Of a stretch of 49,552 bases of DNA, positions 1 through 10,173 are shown piece after piece. The stretch lies in NCBI RefSeq assembly GCF_001194135.2, contig NC_069001.1, forward strand, positions 7,683,879 to 7,733,430, given 5' to 3'. The notes below the pieces were generated by a model, which was not told where the DNA came from, did no database searches, and saw nothing but the letters and a program-made list of their open reading frames with translations. The stretch's first letter is position 1; the number at the start of each line of letters is the position of its first letter. The stretch is from Octopus bimaculoides. Its lineage: Eukaryota. Made by a program: the position numbers and the translations under genes.

Positions 1-57
<57 letters not shown>
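1..57. repeat. (TG)n microsatellite, representative of dozens of (TG/CA)n, (TA)n, (GA)n and (ATT)n tracts across the window
   Basis: Direct read of the sequence. Other large compound tracts lie at about 275-415, 3757-3798, 10920-11015, 11155-11470, 14750-15225, 17400-18300, 21520-21770, 36195-36460, 43840-44045 and 48175-48255. Confidence 0.97.
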
Positions 58-58
<1 letters not shown>

Positions 59-272
59 AAAAACATGTTATGATCTGTATCTAGATATGAAGAGATATCT
101 ATATATATCTATATATATGTATATACAATACACACAAATTGACACACACACACACACACACACACAAATGTACATTCATACTATTACACATATATACACG
201 TTTTGTGTGTGTGTGTGTGTGTGTGCATAGAGATTGTATAATCCATAACTCACAATATCAGTGATAACCATC

Positions 273-320
<48 letters not shown>

Positions 321-416
321 GTATGTGTATATGTATAGATATATGTATGTATATGTGTATATGTATAGATATATGTATGTATATGTGTATATGTATATAT
401 ATGTATGTGTGTGTGT

Positions 417-470
417 AACCCATGCTAGCATGGAAAGCAGCCGTTAAACGATGATGATGATGATGATGAT
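417..470 (+). mobile_element. 3' tail fragment of RTE-type LINE/SINE
   Basis: AACCCATGCTAGCATGGAAAGCAGCCGTTAAACG followed by (ATG)n. It is nearly identical to the end of the RTE 3' UTR at 22989-23040. Confidence 0.7.
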
Positions 471-507
471 ATATATATGTATATGTATATGTATGAATAA
501 TTATGTA

Positions 508-540
<33 letters not shown>

Positions 541-795
541 GTGTGTATGTATACATATATACATATATGTATATATATATTGTATAGCTCATAAATCATG
601 ATATCAAACCATTATATTCTCTATAGAACTGACAATTCCTTTTCAAGTCTCACTACATATTATATGCTTTCACACATTATTACTAAATGCTTCCAATACA
701 TCACACATAACTTTACATCATACAACTTCCCATCACAACCCTCACCCCCCCCCCACACACACCATTCTACCCAGGGTCTAATATATCTTGTCTCC

Positions 796-1648
796 AAGGC
801 AGCAAGCTGTCAGAAACGTTAACGCACCGGGCGAAATGCTTAGCGGCATTTCATCTGTCGCTCTGTTCTGAGTTCAAATTCTGCCGAGGTCGATTTTTCC
901 TTTCATCCTTTCGGGGTCAATAAATTAAGGACCAGTGAAACGTTGGAATTGATGTAACTGACTCTTCTCTTCCCACAAAATTTCGAGCCTTGTGCCTCTT
1001 TACTTTCTGAGTTCAAATCCCACCAAGGGTGACTTCACCTTTTACCCCTTCAGGGTCAATAAAGCAAGTACCAGTTGAACACTGAGGGTGTTGATATAAT
1101 TAACTAGTCCTACTGCCACCCACAAAATATCAGGCCTTGTGCCTATAGTAGAAAAGATTATTATTATTATCATCATTATTATTAATTATAATTATCATCA
1201 TCGTTATTATCTAAGGTGGCAAGCTGGCAGAATCATTAGCTCACCAGGTGAAATGCTTAGCAGTATTTCACTCTTCACTACGTTCCAAGTTCAAATTCTG
1301 CCGAGGTTAACTTTGCCTTTCATCCTTTCAGGGTTGATAAATTAAGTAGCAGTTGAATAGTGGGGTTGATATAATTTTCTCATCCCCCTCCCCCACAAAA
1401 AAGCTGCCCTTGTGGCAAAATTTAAAACCATTATTATCATGAAGGTGATGAACAGGCAAAACAATTAGCATGCCAGATAAAATGCTTAGCAAGATTTCTT
1501 CTGGGTTTTATGTTCCAAGTTCAAATTCCATTAAGGCCAACTTTGGTTTTCATCCTTTCGGGTCAATAAAATAAATACCAGTCATGTACTGGGGTCAATG
1601 TAATCGACTAACCTCCCAAATTTTAGGCCTTGTGTCTATAATGAAGAT
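796..1648 (+). mobile_element. Head-to-tail array of about 4 SINE family A copies
   Basis: Repeated module GGCAGAA..TTAGCA..GAAATGCTTAGC..GAGTTCAAATTC (B-box-like)..CTTTGCCTTTCATCCTTTCGGGGTCAATAAA..AGTACCAG..GGCCTTGTG with (ATT)n tails. Copies start near 796, 998 (5' truncated), 1213 and 1442. Confidence 0.85.
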
Positions 1649-2147
1649 TGCCCTGCCACCCACCTTTGGCCGGGAGGGGCAGGCAATTTTTATTTTCTAG
1701 TGGCTGTAGCAAAAGAGAGTTGTCTGAAAGGGATAAAGACAGACACTTTCTTCTTTGGTCAAATCCTCATCAACTTCTTCAAGTTTCACTTTAAGAGGAA
1801 AGTTGGGGTGAGGAGGAGAGTGTTGTCATCTAGCAAGTTTGTTGAAAGGTGGGTGAATGTTGGAAGAATGGCCAGTGTGAAAGGACCAATTCTGAGTGTA
1901 CACCTGTGAAGAAATAAAAGGAGAAGGGCTCTTGCCCTGTTGATCAAGTACCTGTGGCTTTTGTGGGGTTTTCCACAAGGACCTTTAAATCATCTCCCTT
2001 ATTGGGAGATTCATGTTTAATTTTTGTATTGTTTTCAAATGTTTACATGCTGTAAAACCCTTTGTCTCATCTTGTGTTGTTTTTTATGTTGTGTCACATC
2101 ATTTTATGCTGTTTTATGTAAGCCCTTGTGGCTAATAAAAGAAATAA
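1649..2147 (+). mobile_element. 5'-truncated L1/Tx1-like LINE: ORF2 C-terminus plus 3' UTR
   Basis: Remnant FLVAVAKESCLKGIKTDTFFFGQILINFFKFHFKRKVGVRRRVLSSSKFVERWVNVGRMASV (about 1690-1909) resembles L1/Tx1-clade ORF2 ends (my recognition, not a search). The T-rich 3' UTR ends CCCTTGTGGCTAATAAAAGAAATAA. A homologous fragment lies at 9010-9265. Confidence 0.6.
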
Positions 2148-2397
2148 TTATTATCATTATTTAGAGTGTTTATTTGTCGTCAAGACAGCATCTATGCAAG
2201 TTTATATTCAACACAAATATACTGTCATTGATTCAAGGTAATTGACCGACAGCAGTGCGACGGTAACATATGGCATTACATGATGTATTTAATTGTTCCT
2301 TTTTATAAATATGTGGGTGTCGTGTGTATATATAGATGTGTATATACACATTTGTACAATGCACTGCATGGTGAGACTCAAACCCAAACCAACCTAC

Positions 2398-2498
2398 ATA
2401 TTTGAGAAGCAAGCTTCTGAACTGCCCAGCCGTCTGCATCAAACATGTATCTAATACAAGCACTTGTAATATCCGCCAAACACATTTGTTGTCCATGG
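2398..2498 (-). CDS. Candidate internal coding exon of an unidentified gene (HGQQMCLADITSACIRYMFDADGWAVQKLASQI)
   Basis: Unique non-repeat sequence. Minus-strand acceptor aataatttccttatacag|C, donor AT|gtaggt (alternative AG|gttggt 4 nt further), and 33 open codons. No homology recognised. Confidence 0.4.
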
Positions 2499-3753
2499 CT
2501 GTATAAGGAAATTATTTGCTAGTTATAACAGAGTATGGTGCTAACCTGGCATGAAAATTTCTGAAGTGTAGTCTGGTAATGTTATAGCACAATTATATTT
2601 ATGGGTGTATGTGTATGTTTCATATATATATTCATTTCTATATGTGTAACAGATGATGTAGTATCATTTATGTAACTAACACATTATGAAACAGCTGTCA
2701 ACTAATGGATTAAACACCTTTCTTTTCATTTCTGTTATCTGGTCAGTTATATATGTAATCATTATATACAATTTATATATAGTCACTATATATAATTTTC
2801 CTAATACTTTGATAAAATAACTATTTGATATGTTTTTTGCTGTGGCTTTTGTTTACAGTAAATGTTGCATTATGACCTTATTCTTATATTCTTTCTTATT
2901 TATGAACATATTGCATTTTATCAAATATTTCAAGAATAAAAGATTTTATCATAGCAACCTTAGAATAATGCAATGACTCATAGGTCGGTGACTGTCATTC
3001 TCATTGGTCACCAAGATGCAACATATGTCTGGCAGAGAAATATAATAATAATATAATAATGCAGCTCAAAATGTGTACATGCAAAAATAAAAAAGAAAAA
3101 CACCATCTTCAAATGCAGACAAATATTTCTTAAAGCACATATTTCCAGGCCCAGATGTGTAGTCAGCCTAGCAAACAACCTATACCCAAGTTAAAATATA
3201 TACACATACTTTTATGATTTCCTAGCCTTAAATAATTAATTATCACTTGAATGGATATCATTTAAAGTAGAATAAATATGCTCCAAGTAATATTATCTGA
3301 ATAGATAACTCTATAAATGGATTATCTTCGTAATAGGAGTAATGAGAAGATAAAGAATGAAAACCAAGGAATAAGACCACAAGAAACAACACAAAGAAAA
3401 CAAAATAAATAACAACAACAACCAAACAAGACTAATGAAGAAATGGTGTGATTTTTACGACTAATCTCATCATATGTTTGTAAAAATGTTTGATTTGATC
3501 ATTGTCATCTTCGTTAAAATAATTGCTTGTTATCTTAAAACCCACACACTAATGTGTATGTGTATGTATATGTTTGAGTGTGTATGAGAGAGGGAAAAGA
3601 GAGGGAGAGAATGAGCTTGTAAAGTGGACCACGTAATGACTGTGATTAAATGATGTGGTCGTTATTTTTAACTAAACATTGTCTTAATGAAGGTCAATTG
3701 AGGAAGTGGGGTGGGAGAATTAATTACACACAAGTTATCTATTTATGTTTGTA

Positions 3754-3800
<47 letters not shown>

Positions 3801-4109
3801 AGAGTGAGTGGAAGACGGATGGATGGATGAAGAGAGAGATGGATAGATATGCAGTAGAGTAAGAGAAAAGGAGGGGAAAAGGAAAAAGGGAAAACAGAAA
3901 AAATGAGAGAGATAGAGAGAGAGAGAGAAACGAAGAGAGAAAAAAAATGAGGGAAAGGAAAAGAGTGAGAGAGGAAAAGAGAGAAAGAGGAAGTGCATGC
4001 GTGCGTGAATATAAAGTGTGAAGCTTTTACAGATTGTCTACCACTGAGAAAAGCGTTTACAATGTTTTGGACAAAGTTCATCTTCAGAGTGTAAGAGAGA
4101 AAAGAAATT

Positions 4110-4856
4110 CTTCCATGGGTTGGACAGTTTGACATGGAGCTGGCTAGCACGGAGCTATCCAGACACCATCAGTCTGTTGTGACATGGTTTCTACACCTGG
4201 ATGCCCTTTCCTAACACCAACCACTTAACGCAGGGGTTTTCAAAAAGTGGTCCGCGGACCACAGGGGGGTCTGCAAGGACAAGACAGGGGTTCCGTGGAC
4301 AGCAAATACTTTTTATGGGCAATTTGATTTTATATATGTTTTTTAATCGAAATCTTTTAATTGACAATAAACCTATTTTGTTAAATACTGTTAAATAAAT
4401 AAATGTAAAAATATATGTTATTTTAAGCAAATATTTATGTATAAATTTCATAAGCATTTATAAGGTGGTCCCTAAGGTAAAGCCTGAAATATAAAGGGGT
4501 CCGCAAGTCAAAAGGTTTGAAAACCCCTGACTTAACGGACCATGTACTGGGTGCTTTTTACATGCTACCAGCACAGGTGCATTCATGCAGCACTAACACA
4601 TGTATTAATGCAGCACTAGCATGCATGGGTGCATTAACACAACACCAGCACCTGAATGTGTGGAAGACTGGTTTTACTTTGCTTGACGTGCCTTATAAAG
4701 TTCAGCAAATCCCCACAACTCCCGGTCCTTTGTCATTTCCTCATTGAGGTCCAGCATCCGAAGATCCTTTCTCACCACTTCGCCCCACGTCTTCCTGAGT
4801 CTACCCCTTCCATAAGTACCCTCCACAAGTAGAGCTAGGCGCTTCTTTATGCAACT
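4110..4856 (-). mobile_element. RTE LINE 3' end (ORF2 C-terminus plus 3' UTR), interrupted by a hAT MITE
   Basis: Minus translation of about 4856-4675 gives SCIKKRLALLVEGTYGRGRLRKTWGEVVRKDLRMLDLNEEMTKDRELWGFAELYKARQAK*, typical of RTE ORF2 ends. The 3' UTR contains the AAAAAGCACC and AGGAAAGGGCATCCAG motifs. Confidence 0.8.
4231..4529. mobile_element. hAT-family (Charlie-like) MITE, 299 bp
   Basis: Perfect 14-bp TIRs CAGGGGTTTTCAAA / TTTGAAAACCCCTG and a perfect 8-bp TSD ACTTAACG (4223-4230 and 4530-4537). An 8-bp TSD is characteristic of hAT elements. Confidence 0.92.
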
Positions 4857-5356
4857 ATCTTCAAAATATCTATAAAAAAATATATATTGTTCAATCTATT
4901 CTTCATTTAAGGCAAAATTTTTAGCAAGATTTAGCTGCTATTTCTAGCAGGTTAAGTGACCACATCACAATGTAGCTGTACAATAACTGGTTTCAATTAC
5001 ATTGAGGATTTACAGTGAAGCTGAGATATTCATGCCACCAAAGGATTTTGTGATGTAACAAGTAGAAATGTGAAGAATGTTTGTCTCCAATGAATGTCTA
5101 ATCAGCCAGAGCTGTTCAATTAACTTATTGTTAATTAGCTTTCCACTAATTACCTTTTCTGGCTGTCTTTCTTTCTCCCTAACTCTCTCCTCCACCTATT
5201 TTCTACTTGGGTACCCAAGTATTTTTTCTGTAGTAAGACAGCTGTCTCTGTCTCTCTATCATACTCCAACTTTTTCCCTTGGCTCCACTTCCTTTGGCTC
5301 CACTCCCTCTCTCAGCTAAGAGGTCTTTGTCTGACAAGATCCTTGGCGACCCTGAT

Positions 5357-5546
5357 GGTGCTGGTGCCATGTAAATCGCATCTGTGTCATGCCATGTAAA
5401 AAGCACCCAGCACACTCTTGTTAAGTGGTTGGTGTCAGGAAGAGCATCCAGCTGTAGAAATCATGCCAAAATAGACAACTGCAGCTCTCCCGCTTGCCAA
5501 CTGCTACCAAGCCATGCCAACATGGAAAATGGATGTTGAGGATGAT
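5357..5546 (+). mobile_element. RTE 3' UTR-like fragment
   Basis: GTGCCATGTAAAAAGCACCC..GGTTGGTGTCAGGAAGAGCATCCAGCTGTAGAAA..CCATGCCAACATGGAAAATGGATGTT..GATGAT, collinear with 22860-23040. Confidence 0.7.
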
Positions 5547-5739
5547 TTTCGTGGTTTTAGCTGAACACTCTTTTATCAGCACTGAATGTTATATTGTGCT
5601 GCCCTCTTGTGTCAGCAGGATAAGCTACATGCAACACCATACAACCCTACAAAAGGGTTACTACGTTGTCAAAACAAGCAACCTGCTAGAAATACTTCAT
5701 AAAATCTTATAAAGATTTTATCCTTGGTTATTAAAATAA

Positions 5740-6022
5740 ATGTGTGGTAAGTAGCTTGCTTCCCAAGCACATGGTTCCGGATTCAGTCCCACAGCAAGGT
5801 ACCTTGGGTAAGTGTCTTCTGCTATAGCCTCAGGCCAACCAAAGCCTTGTGAGTGGATTTGGTAAACAAAACTGAAAGAAGCCCATCGTAACTTAGTGGT
5901 TCAGCAAAAGACACAATAGAATAAGTACTAGGCTTACAAAGAATAAGTCCTGGGGTTGATTTGTTTGACTAAAGGGGGTGCCCCAGCATGGCCGCAGTCA
6001 AATGACTGAAACAAATAAAAGA

Positions 6023-6025
<3 letters not shown>
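5740..6025 (+). mobile_element. SINE family B, internally deleted copy
   Basis: tRNA-like head TGTGTGGTAAGTAGCTTGC..GGATTCAGTCCCAC, CORE-like CCTTGGGTAAGTGTCTTCT, and 3' end CATGGCCGCAGTCAAATGACTGAAACAAATAAAAGA. It lacks the central microsatellite block. Confidence 0.85.
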
Positions 6026-6067
<42 letters not shown>

Positions 6068-6074
6068 ATTGGGG

Positions 6075-6330
6075 TGTATGTTTGTGTTTGTGTGTACCCT
6101 TTCTAGACATCGCATGATGGTTGGAAATGGTGATAACCATCATCATACATACAAGGTCATTCATTTCCAGTCTTCCATGAAAACATGTCTGGCCAAAGAA
6201 AAATATTACCTTGTTTGGAAACGTGTGAGGTTTAATGACAGGAAGAGCATCCAACCATGAAGAATATGCCTCAATGTATTCCATCTGACCCAAGCAAACA
6301 TGGTTAAAATGATGTGATGATGATGAATGC
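6075..6330 (+). mobile_element. Module D (RTE-type 3' module of SINEs)
   Basis: TTCCATGAAAACATGTCTGGCC..AATATTACCTTG..GACAGGAAGAGCATCCAACC..AAGCAAACATGG..ATGATG. Other copies lie at about 8790-8990 (+), 11540-11670 (-), 28085-28190 (-) and 31150-31650 (+). Confidence 0.7.
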
Positions 6331-7329
6331 CATACTGTGTGCTCCCTTGTGTCAGCAATATACATTACATACAACACCATACAAGCCCAGAAGGGAGTTT
6401 GTATGAGGTGAGTCAGCCTACAAGAAACAGCAGTCAAATCTCCCTCGTATTACTCCACCATCCTTAGTAATGAAAGAAAATGGCAAGGCTGGATTATATA
6501 TATATATATATATATATATATNNNNNNNNNNNNNNNNNNNNNNNNNNNNNNNNNNNNNNNNNNNNNNNNNNNNNNNNNNNNNNNNNNNNNNNNNNNNNNN
6601 NNNNNNNNNNNNNNNNNNGATGATATATATATTATATAATCCTGGACAATACCCAACCTGTTTTCAATGGGAAGGTCATGGTTGGAATGCCTTTCATCAA
6701 ATGTCTGTTCAATCAGAGTTGACCTGGGGCTATAATGTCAATAAAACAGGTTTCCTTCACTGGTTTGTTTATATAAAGTTAGGTGAAGAATCTCCTCCAC
6801 TAAACAGTTCTTACATCTCTGGAGAACTCCTTAACGAACCATGGCATCAAAATAAGTCGATTAATTAATTAATTAATTAAACATGAAAAGTAAATGGGAA
6901 AAAAATCTTCACAAGTCAATTAGCAAAAAATCAGATTTAACTTTTGTTTGTTTTTTTTGTGTTTTTCTTTCTTTTTTTCTTTTTTTTTTTTGTTGTTTGA
7001 CTGTCTTGACATTTTTCAAGAACTGCGTTTCTTATTTTCCTTAAGGAAATATTGATCAAAGTCTGTGAAGAAGATGAATATCCAAGGTGTGTCTGTGTAT
7101 GGAAATACCATTTCTCTTGAAATAAATGTTAGTAGCCATCAGGCTAATTATGAAAACATATCGTGTATGGATTGTGATTTACAGGAGAAAGAGAAAGAGT
7201 GAGAAGAAAAAAAAAAGAAAAAAATTCAAAGAAAATATTTAAACCGTTTTCAAAAATGAAAAAATTTTTGTCCACGCTGACTTCCATAACATGATTATCG
7301 AGAAAACAATCATTAGTGACACTTTCCTC

Positions 7330-7797
7330 ATTAATCAACCATTTTCTCATAACAATAATAACAATTCTTTTAATTTTGGGTACAAGGCCAGCAATTTCTG
7401 ACAGGGTGGGGAAGTTGATTACATCGACCCTGGTACTTGACTGGTACTTAATTTATCGACTCCCTAAAAGGATGAATGGCAAAATCAATCTTGACAATAA
7501 TAATAATAATAATAATAATAATGGTTTCAAAAACAGGTAATAGCAACTGGTACTTAATTTATCGACCCCCTAAAAGGATGAATGGCAAAATCAATCTTGA
7601 CAATAATAATAATAATGGTTTCAAATTTTGCCTTAAGGGCAGCAAATAGGTACCAGTAACTGATACTTAATTTATCAGCCCCAAAACGATGAAAGGTGAA
7701 GTCAACCTCAGCAGTATTTGAACTCAGAATATGGCAACAAGTGAAATACCACCAAACATTTCATCCAGTGTGCTAATGATTCTGTGAGCTCACTGCC

Positions 7798-7838
<41 letters not shown>

Positions 7839-8300
7839 CCTTTCTACAATAAGCACAAGGCCTGAAATTTGGGGGCGAGGGGGACAGTTGATTCGATCAA
7901 CCTTAGTATGCAACTGGTACTTAATTTATTGATCCCAAAAAGGATGAAAGGCAAAGTCAACCTCGGCGGAATTTGAACTCAGAACATAGCAGCAAGATGA
8001 AATACTGCCAAGCATTTCACCCGGCATACCAACGATTCTGCCACCTCGCCACCTTAATAATAATAATAATAATAATAATAATTTTAGCACAAGGCCAGCA
8101 AATTCAGGGGAGGGGGACAGTTGATTACATCGACCCCAGTACTCAACTGGTACTTATTTTATTGACCCCGAAAGGATGAAAGGCGAAGTCAACCTCAGCA
8201 GAATTTGAACTCAGAACACGAAGACAGACAAAATGCCGCTAATCATTTTGCCCCACCTTCTAAGAATTCTGCCAGCTCACCAACAACAGTAATAATAACT
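7330..8300 (-). mobile_element. Head-to-tail array of about 5 SINE family A copies separated by (AAT)n
   Basis: Repeated reverse-complement modules ACAAGGCC..CTGGTACTTAATTTATCGACC..GGATGAA..GGAATTTGAACTCAG..CTGCCA with (AAT)n runs at about 7497, 7597, 7798 and 8056. Confidence 0.85.
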
Positions 8301-9009
8301 AGCTGGACCTGTGAAAAATTCACAGAAAACATAAAAAATGTAAGCATCTCTAAACAGTGTACTGGTGCCGTGAGAAATGTTTGAATATTATGACCGTCTG
8401 TCTTTACATTCTGAGTTCAAATTCTGCTGAGGTCAACTTTACCTATTGTACTGTTGTGGTCGATAATTTAAGTACCAGTTGTGTACTGAGGTCGATCTAA
8501 TCAACTGGCCCATATAAAAATTTCAGGCCTAGGAAAGTATATTGTGACAGTTACAGAATATAGGAAGTAACGTAACAACCAAAATATCTCAGTTACAAAC
8601 CGTAAACAGAATTACTATTTAACCTTAAAATACATCATACATATTCAAAGAACCTTCTTGGTTTAGTGGTATGGAAGGTTTTTCTGGTATTCTTTTATTC
8701 TTTTGTTTCAGTCATTTGACGGTGGCCATGCTGGAGTACCACCCTTTAGTTGAAGAAATTGACCCCTGGACTTATTCCCTGTAAGTCTGTAGCCTTTTCT
8801 TGACATCATGTGATGGTCATAAACAAGCATTACCATCATAGCAGTGAAGTTGTTTCTTTCCAGTCTTCTATGAAAAACCTGTCTGGCCATGAGGAAATAT
8901 TACTTTGCTTGGAGACAGATGAAGGTTGGTAACAGGAAGAGCGTCTGGTCGTAGAAAATATGCCTCAACAATTCCATCATTCTCATTCATCTTTTTTTTT
9001 AATTTCCTC

Positions 9010-9265
9010 AGAGGGATGGGACACCATCTTCCTTTTTAATCTTAACTTCCTCCATTAGTGGTACTTGAAGCAGTTAGAGAGGATTGAACTCGAGTAGAAC
9101 ATTTCTGTCCTCAAACTTTTACGTCCACCACACAACATTCTTAGCCACAACCACCAAGAAGAGAAAAACTACCAACTCTTTGTTTCCCCCAAAAATGGTC
9201 ATGATGGTGGTAGCGGCAGCAGTTCTGTCATCATCACAGACATTGCTGATAAATGGATCAATTTT
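9010..9265 (-). mobile_element. Decayed L1/Tx1-like ORF2 C-terminal fragment
   Basis: Minus translation ..GNKELVVFLFLVVVAKNVVWWT*.. The downstream nucleotides (CAATCCTCTCTAACTGCTTCAAGTACCACTAATGGAGGAAG) align with 1760-1805 of the other copy. Confidence 0.55.
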
Positions 9266-9289
9266 CACATAAAACACAAGCTATATAAT

Positions 9290-9643
9290 AGTGTGTAATG
9301 ATGTGAGTCCAGCTATGGCTTCTATGCTTCTTTTCATATTTTTTTCCCCATCGTATCTAAAGCTCCAATTACTATTGATATCATTTTCAACCTTATGGTC
9401 CCATCTTCAATGTTTCAATTCTAACATTTTGAATATTTCAAGATCTTATTTCAATATTCCATCGAACATCTTGAATATTTCAATTCCAAGGTCTTTGTAT
9501 TCTGATAGTTTTTTTCCAATTCTTTTCAAGCAATAATTTCATCAGAAAGGATTGTGAATCTATCACTGTGCATGTCTTTGATTTCCAGTCCTTCGTTATG
9601 CATGAATGGTTTCTCTTGATCTCTTTGTCAGTTTGGACAAGCC
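9290..9643 (-). mobile_element. Decayed R4/Dong-like LINE fragment (C-terminal restriction-like endonuclease region)
   Basis: Frameshifted minus translation VQTDKEIKRNHSCITKDWKSKTCTVID..KLSEYKDLGIEIFKM..ISIVIGALDTMGK matches the (TD)K-x-I-x-x-N-x-PD-I..D..K-x-x-K-Y-x-D-L..IVIGALG pattern of RLE-type LINEs. The 5' truncation point sits close to an (AAT)n run. Confidence 0.7.
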
Positions 9644-9892
9644 TTAATATCTTATTAATACAATATTTATTATTGTCATTATTATTATTATTATTATTAT
9701 TATAAAGACAGCAAACTGGCAGACTCATTAATACACTGAGCAAATTCCTTAGTGGTCGACTTTGCCTTTCATCCTTTCGAGGTCAAGATGGCAGAAACAT
9801 TAGCATGCCGGGCGAAATGCTAAGCAGTATTTCATCTGTCTTTACGTTCTGAGTTCAAATTCCACCAAGGTCAACTTTGCCTGTCATCCTTT

Positions 9893-10173
9893 GAGAGATT
9901 TATGCAGTAGTGATGCGATAAAGGGGGCCATTGCTACTCCAGACTGATGACGAGCAAAGACTCAGAAACATGTCTCTGGACACAGGCTTAGCTAAGTGGA
10001 GGTGCTTGCCTCCCCTTTGTAAACATGAGGACACAGGAGATGTGTCAAGGTCGACAGGAAGCGGTGCTGCTTCCTTGGCCTAAACAGCAGTAGTATTATT
10101 CCCTTCATGGGACTGTCACATTAAGTTGACATCATACAACTACTTTATCGCATGACTACTGCATAAATCTCTC
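9893..10173. mobile_element. 281-bp element bounded by 31-bp inverted repeats and carrying a hammerhead ribozyme
   Basis: 9893-9923 GAGAGATTTATGCAGTAGTGATGCGATAAAG versus the reverse complement of 10143-10173 GAGAGATTTATGCAGTAGTCATGCGATAAAG (30/31 identical). The element interrupts a SINE-A copy just after CATCCTTT. Confidence 0.7.
9938..9980 (+). ncRNA. Minimal type I hammerhead ribozyme (Penelope/retrozyme type)
   Basis: TCCAGA (stem I) - CTGATGA core - C GAG CAAAGA CTC A (stem II) - GAA - AC AT GT (palindromic mini stem III) - C (predicted cleavage, GUC) - TCTGGA (stem I, 6/6 complementary). Confidence 0.8.

Noticed and set aside
4033-4090. Plus-strand mini-exon (LSTTEKSVYNVLDKVHLQS, donor GTAAGA)
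   Set aside because: The polypyrimidine tract is very short, the segment is wedged between a GA-rich repeat and an RTE tail, and no compatible neighbouring exon was found.
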